64,000 bases of DNA from an uncultured virus (IMG/VR IMGVR_UViG_3300005821_000187) (Duplodnaviria > Heunggongvirae > Uroviricota > Caudoviricetes): the IMG/VR virus record IMGVR_UViG_3300005821_000187; one strand, written 5' to 3'. The translations under genes were made by a program, and so were the position numbers. The notes under the pieces were generated by a model. That model worked only from the letters and a program-made list of their open reading frames with translations, was not told where the DNA came from and ran no database searches. This document shows, in pieces, positions 26,707 to 35,041 of the stretch (position 1 is its first letter; the number at the start of each line of letters is the position of its first letter).

Positions 26707-28070
26707 GACGCCCCCTTGTAGCTATCGGTCGGTGGGGGCGGAACCAGGGATTCGCCGGTCCCTTCGACGGCCGTGATCATGCGCATGGTGCTCAGATCGT
26801 TGCGGATCGTGTAGAGCTTGCCGATCGGGGCGTCGCGGTGGCCTTCCATGAACACCCGCATCCGGCCCTCATCCATCTCCGCATCCGTGGCGTTCAAGCT
26901 CCCGTACGCGTCCACGATGCGGACCTTGGCGTAGGCATCGGCGACGTTGGAGCTTGTGAGCACGTGTTCCTTCTCTTGGGAGCCGGGCTTGGGCCTCTGA
27001 GCCTGCCAGGCACTCCAACACGCGACCTTCTCTTGGTTCACGAGCCGTTTCAGGTCGCGCGCGGCGTTGACTTGGTGCTGAGTCTCGCTTTCGACGTTCG
27101 AACGCGAGCGCAACAGATCCATGTAGTCCACGAGCAACAGCTCAGGCTTGAAATTCTGCGCTTTGAGCTTGGCAATCTCGGCCTGAATGTGGAGCACGTT
27201 CACATCCCAATCGTTCAACGTGCGGATCACGAGCTTCTTTTTGAGGCGCGCGTACCGCTCGTGCATGGCCCGGTAGGCCGTGGCGTTGATGTTCCCGTGC
27301 TTGACGTTGGTGTACAGCTCTTGGCTGAAAATCGCATCGTAGCGGGCCGCGATCTGTTCGCCGGAGCCTTCGAGCACGATGTGGAGCACGGGCCGCGCCA
27401 TGACGTTCAAGGCATTGAAGCCCTGATTGATGAGCCACGTCGACTTACACCGCTTGGCGTACGCGAAGACGACCCATAGCTCGCCTAGATGCACGCCCCC
27501 GTTGGTACGCGCATCGAGATCATGGATGCCCGTAAAGAAGGGCTCAGGGCGGAGCGCGCTCTGATTTTTCCAGCGGCCCACTTGGCGGTCGCCTAGCTCA
27601 TCGAAAAACCACTGGCGGTCTTCCGTGCCGAAGTCGATCTCCGCCATCTTTTCCGACGCCTTGGCCGTGAGCGCGTAGGCGTCTTCGAACTGCCCCTGAT
27701 TGAAGTGGACCGCCGCTTGCGCGTGCGTGTCTGCGAACATGGCCCGCTTGCAGAACTCCGATAGCTCGTGCCGGATGTAGGCGGCTTCGGGCACGAGCCC
27801 CAAGGCCACGATCGCTTCTAGCTCGCCCGCGTAGAGCGCCCGCTTATCGTCGGGAAGCTGTTGCAAGGCTTGGCGCAGCGGGATCTCCGTGCACCGCGAC
27901 TGGTATTGCTGCCAGTGCGCATCGCATTGCTTGAACACCCACCCGAAGGCCGGGGTCGTGAAGTGGGACGGCTCTAGCCATTGAAGAGCCCGTAAGCAAA
28001 ACGCGTCATCCACCATGCAAAGGCGGAGTACCGCTCTTTGAAAGCTCGCATCGAACGAGAACACCCCCAT
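26703..28070 (-). CDS. dnaB: DnaB-like replicative helicase (455 aa)
   Basis: TGIHDLD...GGVHLGEL, atypical P-loop AYAKRCKST, VLE, LLVDYMDLL, SAWQ; coupled to primase. Confidence 0.85.
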   Translation of the reverse strand: MGVFSFDASFQRAVLRLCMVDDAFCLRALQWLEPSHFTTPAFGWVFKQCDAHWQQYQSRCTEIPLRQALQQLPDDKRALYAGELEAIVALGLVPEAAYIRHELSEFCKRAMFADTHAQAAVHFNQGQFEDAYALTAKASEKMAEIDFGTEDRQWFFDELGDRQVGRWKNQSALRPEPFFTGIHDLDARTNGGVHLGELWVVFAYAKRCKSTWLINQGFNALNVMARPVLHIVLEGSGEQIAARYDAIFSQELYTNVKHGNINATAYRAMHERYARLKKKLVIRTLNDWDVNVLHIQAEIAKLKAQNFKPELLLVDYMDLLRSRSNVESETQHQVNAARDLKRLVNQEKVACWSAWQAQRPKPGSQEKEHVLTSSNVADAYAKVRIVDAYGSLNATDAEMDEGRMRVFMEGHRDAPIGKLYTIRNDLSTMRMITAVEGTGESLVPPPPTDSYKGAS

Positions 28071-28079
28071 GGTCTACCC

Positions 28080-28682
28080 CTACCCAAACGCCGCTCGTAA
28101 GATTTGATTCGGCACTTGCTGGTAGCGGCCCGTGCGGAGCGCCACCACGTCAAAGCCATGCACGGAACGAAGCTGATCGGTACACGCCGCTTTGCACGCG
28201 CACCCCTTGCACCAATCGCTCTTCGGATGATAGCCGCCGGAATACTTCTGCATCGCGAGGCACCCTTCGGGCATGCTGGCGTTCTGACGCTTCACGTCTT
28301 CCTGGTAGGGCATCGGGTCGGCGGTCAACGCGCGCACGCTGATCTCCGCCGTCGTGTCTTGCGCTTTGGTCACACGCTTGGCGTGCTGATCGGTGTAGTG
28401 GTTTTGCTCGACCCGCGGCCAGCACTTGGCAAGTCGATCACTTGCGAGCTGGCTCGTTCGGGGAACTACTTTCTTGTGCGATGCTCGATACATCGCTTCG
28501 AAACGCTTCTCCATGAACAGCCGTGGCGGTAACTGTTGATCGCCGCACCACGTAAGAAACTGCGCGATGTGCTCAGAGTCTTCGCGCGTCTTGTCCGCAG
28601 CGACCTTGCGTGGTCTCCGCCTTCCGTACCTTGTTCTGAGTTGGTGATAGTGCTCTAAGGTTTCCCAAACCGTTGTCCCCAT
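28080..28682 (-). CDS. Hypothetical replication-associated protein with a C-terminal Cys cluster (200 aa)
   Basis: Lies between the two helicases; YHPKSDWCKGCACKAAC. Confidence 0.55.
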   Translation of the reverse strand: MGTTVWETLEHYHQLRTRYGRRRPRKVAADKTREDSEHIAQFLTWCGDQQLPPRLFMEKRFEAMYRASHKKVVPRTSQLASDRLAKCWPRVEQNHYTDQHAKRVTKAQDTTAEISVRALTADPMPYQEDVKRQNASMPEGCLAMQKYSGGYHPKSDWCKGCACKAACTDQLRSVHGFDVVALRTGRYQQVPNQILRAAFG

Positions 28683-28704
28683 TGTGCCGTCCCAATGCCT
28701 TTCG

Positions 28705-30075
28705 TCACGGAGCGTTCACGCAGTCTCCCAAATGCAACCGCGCAAAATCGATCCGCTGTTTACTGTGCCGTCGAAGAGTGCGGTGCTGCGAATCGATGAA
28801 GTCGTAAATGTACGCCGTCTTCTTGCCCTCGTGGGCGGTCAACGGACGAAAATACGATTGCAGCATCGAGACCCCTTCAGCACCACCGGAAGCGTATATC
28901 AAAGCCGCTGCGCGCGGCACGTCAACACCTTCACCTAGGACCGTTGTACCTACCAGCACTTGCACCTTGCCGGCAAGGAAATCTTTGATGGAATCATTCG
29001 TGAGAATAGCCTCGCCACCCTTCACTGCGACCGCGTTCGGAATGCGTTCGGCGAGCATGTTCGCGTGCTTACGGCGCCTCACCAATACGATCGTCGGCAA
29101 CGCATTATCCTGCGAAAGCATCGTCGCTAAGTTGACGATCAAATTGTTGCGCGGTTCGTAGTCGACGATCCCCTTGTCGTATGCGGCCCGCCAGTCTTCC
29201 GCGCTCACTTTCGGCCCCTTCACGGGCGCAAAGAACACGCGCGGTTTCGTGAGGTACTTCGGCACGAGATCGTCAACAGTCACCCGGTGGATAACCTGTG
29301 AACAGATCGCTTCCATCGCCAGCGTATCGTTGCCAGAACGGAAATTCGTGCCTGTGAATAAGTAGCGGTAGTGCACATTCTGCGCGAGCGAGTTGATCCG
29401 GTGGTAGGTCTCCGCCGCGCTATGGTGAGACTCGTCGATGATCAGCACGTCGCGCGTGTCATACCAATCGCGCGGTAGGCGAACGGCGCTAGGCGTGGTC
29501 GAGATCACGATGGGCTTCTCAATATCCTTCTCGTGCTTCTTTGCCGACCCATCGAGCCGGGCGACCATGGGCTCGCCGAAGTGCTCGCAAAAGACGTTGT
29601 AGGTCTGGCGCACGATGGCCACGGACGGCGCGATGTAGAGCGCGGGCAGCGCAATGGAGTCAATGGTCCGCGCTGCCATGAGTGTCTTGCCACTTCGTGG
29701 CACTGCATTGATGATCCCGGTCGGGCTCGCGCAGACTTTGTTATGAATGTCGTCTTGGTACGGGCGCCACTTCGCGTTCACGCTCCACCACGGCACTTGC
29801 TCTTCGGGCGCCGCGCGAATATCCCGCGTCTGCGATTGGAGCCTGTAGTGCGTCGCGAGCTTTTCGACGTACGGCGTGAGGCCGGCAGCGACACGGTTCT
29901 CGTGCACGAGCGAGCCCCACGGCTCCCCCTCGTGCCACCATATCTTGCCGAAGCGGGCGCCTTTCTTGTGCCCCGCTTCGACGGGGATACTTAGGTGCCG
30001 CGCGATGTAGTCGAGAAACCACTGCGGAGCGCCGTGAATATCCGTGAAGCTATTGCCGCGTACTAGGTGAATCAT
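28705..30075 (-). CDS. Superfamily 2 helicase (UvsW-like)
   Basis: RPYQ Q motif, PRSGKT, IIDESHH, FTGT, GEGVDVP; probable start MIHLVRG at 30075. Confidence 0.88.
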   Translation of the reverse strand: MIHLVRGNSFTDIHGAPQWFLDYIARHLSIPVEAGHKKGARFGKIWWHEGEPWGSLVHENRVAAGLTPYVEKLATHYRLQSQTRDIRAAPEEQVPWWSVNAKWRPYQDDIHNKVCASPTGIINAVPRSGKTLMAARTIDSIALPALYIAPSVAIVRQTYNVFCEHFGEPMVARLDGSAKKHEKDIEKPIVISTTPSAVRLPRDWYDTRDVLIIDESHHSAAETYHRINSLAQNVHYRYLFTGTNFRSGNDTLAMEAICSQVIHRVTVDDLVPKYLTKPRVFFAPVKGPKVSAEDWRAAYDKGIVDYEPRNNLIVNLATMLSQDNALPTIVLVRRRKHANMLAERIPNAVAVKGGEAILTNDSIKDFLAGKVQVLVGTTVLGEGVDVPRAAALIYASGGAEGVSMLQSYFRPLTAHEGKKTAYIYDFIDSQHRTLRRHSKQRIDFARLHLGDCVNAP

Positions 30076-30189
30076 GGGCAGTTGGATGTGCTTGCCCAAA
30101 TCAGGGGATAATGGCACACTGCCGTTATCCCACGGAGGGCTTCCCAAACTTCTGGGGGATGTGTCGTCAAAGAGTTAGTTGTTGTGCCG

Positions 30190-30228
30190 GTAGCGGCCTA
30201 GGTTCCCAAACCTAGGCCGTTGCTTTTT
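30190..30228 (+). terminator. Intrinsic terminator-like hairpin
   Basis: GTAGCGGCCTAGGTT-ccca-AACCTAGGCCGTTGC followed by TTTTT. Confidence 0.6.
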
Positions 30229-30608
30229 GTGGGTCGGGCTGTAGGGTCGTGTCGTCACGCGAGAACGAACCCCTGTTTTTGCACACCGTACCGCCCTGAG
30301 TCGCCGCGCATAGGCTCAGGGCGGTTCCTTTTTCTACCATAGGCCGTTGCTTTTTTGGGGGCACGCGGATAGTTTCGGGCTCCTTTTGCATGGGTCGCCT
30401 CTGGGCTGGTATGAGACAGCTCAGGGGCGGTTCTGAATTTCGCGACAAGAGCCTTGATTCACACCGCGCGCATCGCGTAGAACCAAGCGCATCGGTCATC
30501 GGGGCGGCAATGGTGTTGCAGCTCGCCCCACACCCACTTTGAACCAAGAGTAGTGCGGTCTGCCAGATTGCATGGGGGCGGGTTCGATGATCGGTCGCGC
30601 GGGCCTTA

Positions 30609-30632
30609 CGTCCCCTGGCCTACCAGGGGACG
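30609..30632. terminator. 10-bp hairpin just downstream of the 189-aa gene
   Basis: CGTCCCCTGG-ccta-CCAGGGGACG; no clear U-tract. Confidence 0.4.
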
Positions 30633-30641
30633 CCGGGCGTT

Positions 30642-31211
30642 CTACTGAGCGAGCTGGTCGGGCTCTTTGGGAAGCTCGACCCCGTTGCGCTCCGCGTTCT
30701 CCGTGAGCCGCACAACCGACTGCACGTGCCCCTTGGCTTGCGCCGCGCGCTGAGAGATCCGCCGGATCGTGAGATCCCCGTTTGCATAGTTGACCGACGC
30801 ATAGCCGGCCGTTTTCTTGCCGTGGCCTTGGGCGATGAACTTTTCGGGCGTGTTATGCACCGCTTCGCTAGTGCGCTTACGCGTGAAAAACGCGCCGCAG
30901 ATCGGCACCAACTCCGCGCCCGTCGCTTCTTTCAAAAAGTCGCGCACGAACTCCCATTTGATCGCGTCTTCGAAGACGCGGTGATCGGTAATCGGCAGCT
31001 CTGCGAAGAGCGCCAACTGTTCGGGCTCTTCGGGCGGCGGGGGGAGCATTTTGAGATCCCCCGCGTCACGCTCATCGGGCGGGATCAACTCACCCCGCAC
31101 CACGGTGCTCTTCTTGAAATAGCCGACCATCCGAAGCTCATAGAGGCAACGGGATACAATGTCTTGGTAGACCGGGGATAACCGGGCAGCCTCTTTGCGT
31201 ACGTATCCCAT
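30642..31211 (-). CDS. Hypothetical protein (189 aa)
   Basis: Coupled to the ParB-like gene by a TAATG overlap. Confidence 0.6.
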   Translation of the reverse strand: MGYVRKEAARLSPVYQDIVSRCLYELRMVGYFKKSTVVRGELIPPDERDAGDLKMLPPPPEEPEQLALFAELPITDHRVFEDAIKWEFVRDFLKEATGAELVPICGAFFTRKRTSEAVHNTPEKFIAQGHGKKTAGYASVNYANGDLTIRRISQRAAQAKGHVQSVVRLTENAERNGVELPKEPDQLAQ

Positions 31212-32251
31212 TAAGCCCTCGCTCGTGTGCGGGATGGAAGATGGACGACCTTGCTCGTGCGCTTCTTTTGCGCTGCCAAGAGTTGCTGACGTTCCTTGGC
31301 CGTGCGACCTTCGAGCTGTTTCAGCTCGTACTTGATCCGGTTCACCACGTCTTCGTCTTGTTTCAGCTCGATCGAGCTTACCGCTTCGCGAACCTGAGTG
31401 AGCTTTTCTTGGGACGCATCCCCATCGAGCATCCGCGCAATCGAGTTGGCCAACGCTTGCCCGAACGAAGCGAACAACGGCGTCGCGCGCTTGTCTTTGC
31501 CGGCGGAGCGGTAGGCGTGCACGTCGACACGGCCTCGAATCTCGCGCCCCGCAACCGTACCCTTACGCGCCTCTTTGAGTGTGGCCTTCGCGCCCTTGGC
31601 AACGTGGCGCTTCGCAGTCTCAATATCCTTCTTTGGGCGCTTGAAATCGCGGCCCGTCTTTTCGAGCTGCTTCATGTGCGCTCGTGCGCGCCCGCAGACT
31701 TCGCGACACGCGGTCACGTTCAAGCCGTCTAGGTCTTTGCGCTGTAAATAGCCGCCCCTGATCAACTCGCTCGCGTTGGCGCAACCTTCGGCCGTGTTGC
31801 TTAGGCGGTCGTCGCCGGGACGCGGTTGTGCACGGGTCCAGCCCAAAAGCCGCGCAATGTCTAGGTTTTTCACTTCGTGCGCTCCGACACGCGAAACTTC
31901 GTAGTCGCGAGCCGCTTCCCACGTCTCCAACATGGTGAGAAAATTGGCGTTGTAATCCTCTAGGTTCTCACGCCCCATGAACTGCAACATCTCTTCATCG
32001 TCGAGATCGCGCACGATGAGATCCACTTTCGGGAGCTTGCTGCGGCGGGCGGCTTCGAGCCGGTGGTGCCCGAACGCGATCTGGTAGCGGCGGCCGACCT
32101 TGCGGGCGATGATGCCTTGCCAAAGGCCCACGGCTGTGATCGACCGCTTCAATGCGGTGATCTTGTCAGGAACGAACGGATACTTCTTTAGGTGGCGATG
32201 CGGGTTCGAATCGATGAGATCGATCCGCGCAGACACAATCTGAGCGCGCAT
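31211..32251 (-). CDS. ParB/Srx N-terminal domain protein (346 aa)
   Basis: IDSNPHR...LKRSI...GLWQGIIAR...YQIAFGHHRLEAA...EN; AAGGAG RBS before ATG 32251. Confidence 0.8.
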   Translation of the reverse strand: MRAQIVSARIDLIDSNPHRHLKKYPFVPDKITALKRSITAVGLWQGIIARKVGRRYQIAFGHHRLEAARRSKLPKVDLIVRDLDDEEMLQFMGRENLEDYNANFLTMLETWEAARDYEVSRVGAHEVKNLDIARLLGWTRAQPRPGDDRLSNTAEGCANASELIRGGYLQRKDLDGLNVTACREVCGRARAHMKQLEKTGRDFKRPKKDIETAKRHVAKGAKATLKEARKGTVAGREIRGRVDVHAYRSAGKDKRATPLFASFGQALANSIARMLDGDASQEKLTQVREAVSSIELKQDEDVVNRIKYELKQLEGRTAKERQQLLAAQKKRTSKVVHLPSRTRARA

Positions 32252-32334
32252 GGGGGAACTCCTTTGGTTATGCAGGAAACCAGGATTCGACTTTTCCTGT
32301 TTTCTTGCGGGGGAGCCCCCTGGTATCAAAGTAG

Positions 32335-32993
32335 CGACTTGCTCGTCAAGCCCAAACCGATCTACAAGCTCCCGTGGTCATCCGAACGGACACGGAAGCA
32401 TCGCAGTGAACTCGAACCGGGGCAGCCGAAGAGCGGCCGTAATGCCCATACCAAACGGGGTCGGGGTGCAAGAGGGCGCGGGTTTATGACACGTGCCGTG
32501 ATAGCGCGATCGGATGGACACGTAGAGCCAGTGACAGACCAAAGGGCAGCCGCGCACTCCTAGCGGGCCGTCCTAGAACATTCGCGGGGGTGGGTCGTAG
32601 GCGGCTGTGTATCCCCCCAAGTCGTAACGACGCACGTTGGGTCATAGTTGGGTGGAGTTGGATTTTTGCAGCGAGGGCGCCTCGCGTGTGTGCGCACTTG
32701 CGTGCGTGACAAGAGGATCGAATCGCCGCTTCCACTAAGCGTTCCGATCCGATGGCATAGTTTGTCGAGTCATGGAGGGGGCAAGCGAAGCGCAGCTCCC
32801 GACCCACGGGGCGCAGCCCCCGGCGAGGCAAAGCGACTCCGGGCCGGAGGTTTCGGGAGGGGTGCGTGCTACGCTCCGGGCAACTCACGTGGCGCGGTCT
32901 TCTCCCTTCAAAGAAGCCCATCTATTCGGCGCCATGTGAGCCGGGACAAGTTGTAGGTGGGAAGCCCCTAGAGTGATCTGGGGGCTTTCCTTT
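32335..32993 (+). ncRNA. Candidate large structured non-coding RNA (~620 nt plus terminator), family unrecognised
   Basis: No convincing CDS; 5'/3' closing stem (32335-45 with 32942-53); many internal 6-13 bp stems whose G-U pairs favour the plus strand; ends at a terminator. Confidence 0.6.
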
Positions 32994-32994
32994 G
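32959..32994 (+). terminator. Intrinsic terminator
   Basis: 14-bp stem GGGAAGCCCCTAGA/TCTGGGGGCTTTCC with a GTGA (GNRA) loop, followed by TTT. Confidence 0.7.
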
Positions 32995-33007
32995 GTACGA
33001 TCCGGGC

Positions 33008-33094
33008 ATGAGGCATTTGAACCAGCTCGCATCGGCAGCAATCAGCATTTTGATCATCGTGATCCTCATCTTGCTCGTGCTCCGGCTGACATAA
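33008..33094 (+). CDS. Small hydrophobic membrane peptide (28 aa)
   Basis: MRHLNQLASAAISILIIVILILLVLRLT*; TACGAT -10-like box 6 nt before the ATG; below the ORF-track cutoff. Confidence 0.6.
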   Translation: MRHLNQLASAAISILIIVILILLVLRLT

Positions 33095-33167
33095 CGCCGG
33101 TTCCGTTTTGCAAAACGTAGGGGGTTCCGTTTTGCGCGCATTGCCTGTAAATCGCAGGGCGCCGTGT

Positions 33168-33201
33168 TTGCATCGTATACGGCGCATGCTATACTTGGCG
33201 T
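33168..33201 (+). promoter_or_regulatory. Promoter with CGTATACG box, probably leaderless transcript
   Basis: TTGCAT-16 nt-TATACT with TG extension, 6 nt before ATG 33202. Confidence 0.65.
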
Positions 33202-33789
33202 ATGCGCAACAAACTCGTAAACGAAACGAAGTACCAAGGTCGGGTACTGCGGCGCGCGATCACGCTGGGTCACAAGTGCGCCAAAGAGCACGTGCCGCTT
33301 TCCACGTCGGGCTACACCGTCCGGTTCATTACCAAGCCGCGTATCCGTGCGGTTCGGATCTGGGCCAAGGGCCTCACGATCACCATCCAACTGCCCATGA
33401 ACGACGCCTCGATGGCCCAAGCGGCCGGCGCGGTCGCGTACGGGATGGTCAAGTGCGCCAGTCCCACCGTGACGCGAGCGAGCCTTCACCGGGTCTACGC
33501 GGACGTGCCCGGCGTCGGCTACGAAGCACTGCCTCACAAGCCGAAGCGCAAGCGCGGCAAGCCCACGCTCGATAAGAAGTACGACGCGCTCCGCAAGGCC
33601 GTGGTAGAGAACGAAAAGCGGGTCAAAGAGTTGGAGCGGCAACTCAAGCGGAGCACGACCCTATTGAAGCAAAAGCGGCAAAAGCTCGCGCGCATGGCCA
33701 AGGCATTTGAAGGCGCGATGGATTCGACTGAGAACCTGAGCGATAACCAGTTGGCCGTGCGGCTCCGCCTGAGCCGTGAAGCGTCCTAG
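33202..33789 (+). CDS. Basic hypothetical protein with a C-terminal coiled coil (195 aa)
   Basis: Clear promoter; GC-rich third codon positions; Lys/Arg-rich. Confidence 0.7.
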   Translation: MRNKLVNETKYQGRVLRRAITLGHKCAKEHVPLSTSGYTVRFITKPRIRAVRIWAKGLTITIQLPMNDASMAQAAGAVAYGMVKCASPTVTRASLHRVYADVPGVGYEALPHKPKRKRGKPTLDKKYDALRKAVVENEKRVKELERQLKRSTTLLKQKRQKLARMAKAFEGAMDSTENLSDNQLAVRLRLSREAS

Positions 33790-33797
33790 GCGCCCCC

Positions 33798-34097
33798 ATG
33801 AGCAAGCCCCCTCGATACCATTCCCTGCTTGGCTTTGTGCCGGGTTCCGACGATGAAGCGGCTGCGCGACTCGCCGACGCGCTCCCCGAAGATCCCCTTG
33901 CCGTCCGTGCCGTGCGCCGGATCTGCCCGGAGTGCGATGGGCTCGATGGCTACCATTCCGAAGAGTGCCCGAAGCGGGTGCATCTCCCGCCCCCGCAGAG
34001 CAACGGCAAGCACGAGCCGAAGCGCACGCTCCCTGAGCCGCGCAAGCTCGTGAGCCGGCTTCTCCGTGAACTCGCCGACCGTATCGAACGCGGCTGA
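33798..34097 (+). CDS. Hypothetical protein with a possible Zn site (99 aa)
   Basis: CPEC...YHSEECP; starts 8 nt after the 195-aa gene. Confidence 0.6.
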   Translation: MSKPPRYHSLLGFVPGSDDEAAARLADALPEDPLAVRAVRRICPECDGLDGYHSEECPKRVHLPPPQSNGKHEPKRTLPEPRKLVSRLLRELADRIERG

Positions 34098-34123
34098 CTT
34101 CGGGGCGGGTGTGTATAGTTTGA

Positions 34124-34476
34124 GTTGCATGGGTGAGCCGCAAAAGTATCGGCGCGGTGAACCGTCGCGTATGGCGCCTATTGCGGTGCCGTTTCAGGCA
34201 CTTAGCCCCCACCCGGCCTTGTCGGGTATCCCACTGAGGGGCGTTCGTGAGGGCTACCAGTTGCGGCGAGCCTATCTGTTGATTAGCGCCAAGCGCCCGA
34301 AAAGACTGCGCTTACGGGGCGGAGCCATAGGCCATTAGTCGGTTAGGGCTCCGGGGATAATGGCGCGAGACCCCCGTCGTTTGCGTGCTCGACCCTGCAA
34401 AAAGCAGGGCGGAAGTCGATCATGGGGGGTTCCCAAGCCCGAATTCGTACGCCACGGGTGTAACCCGACCGGCAAC
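34124..34476 (+). ncRNA. Second candidate structured non-coding RNA (~350 nt)
   Basis: TATAGT box at 34114-19; GTTGC/GCAAC closing stem; nested hairpins throughout; fills the gap up to a convergent stop codon. Confidence 0.45.
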
Positions 34477-34478
34477 GC

Positions 34479-34940
34479 CTAGCGAGTCGCGTTGATCGCG
34501 TAGGCGCTCACGCCGATCACGAGCACGCCTGAGACTATGCCTAGAGCGAACCACAAGGCCCGCGAGCGCCCTGGCTTGTTCAGGGCTTCCTCGGCTTCCC
34601 GCTGGCCCTTCACGGCCCTGTGAAGGGCTCCTACGGCCTTCTCCGACTCTAGGGCGGCGAGAGAGACCTGGCGCTCTAGCAAGAGCGTGAGCTGCCCGTG
34701 CATGACCGTGCGCACTTCGTAGTCCACGATCTGAGCCCGGAGCACATCGATGGTTTGGAGCTGGACCAGCATGCACTTGGCCACGCGGGCATCGAACCAG
34801 ATCCCCGGCTTGCCTTGGTGGGTCATTTGAACCCGGCGCAACTGCACTTCGGGCGCGCAAAGCTCGATAGGCTGCACGGGCTCCGCCGCTTCTGCCGGCG
34901 AAGCCATGAGCCATATCGCGATCAGAATCGCGGCCTTCAC
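34479..34940 (-). CDS. Membrane protein with signal peptide, coiled coil and C-terminal TM helix (spanin-like, 153 aa)
   Basis: MKAAILIAIWLMASPAEA signal; ALWFALGIVSGVLVIGVSAYAI TM segment. Confidence 0.6.
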   Translation of the reverse strand: MKAAILIAIWLMASPAEAAEPVQPIELCAPEVQLRRVQMTHQGKPGIWFDARVAKCMLVQLQTIDVLRAQIVDYEVRTVMHGQLTLLLERQVSLAALESEKAVGALHRAVKGQREAEEALNKPGRSRALWFALGIVSGVLVIGVSAYAINATR

Positions 34941-35032
34941 GCGAAGACTAGATACAGGGCGATGATCACGGCCACCCCGATGGCGGCGAGTACGGCGATT
35001 TTCTTGGTGTTCACTTTGTCGAGCTTGCTCAT
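34937..35032 (-). CDS. Small single-TM peptide (31 aa)
   Basis: MSKLDKVNTKKIAVLAAIGVAVIIALYLVFA*; GAGGGGG RBS; GTGA overlap with the next gene; not in the ORF track. Confidence 0.7.
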   Translation of the reverse strand: MSKLDKVNTKKIAVLAAIGVAVIIALYLVFA

Positions 35033-35041
35033 GGTTCCCCC

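Noticed and set aside
30540..30600. GGTTCGA resembling a tRNA T-loop
   Set aside because: No T-stem, acceptor stem or cloverleaf could be built.
32619..32628. AAGTCGTAAC, identical to a conserved 16S rRNA 3' motif
   Set aside because: Only 10 nt match and the flanks do not continue as rRNA; treated as chance.
32484..33642. ORF-track frames 32484-32921, 32648-32956, 32885-33187 and 32968-33642
   Set aside because: Arg/Ala/Pro-rich, no RBS or motifs, and they conflict with the RNA, terminator, peptide and 195-aa gene. Coding potential is not formally excluded.
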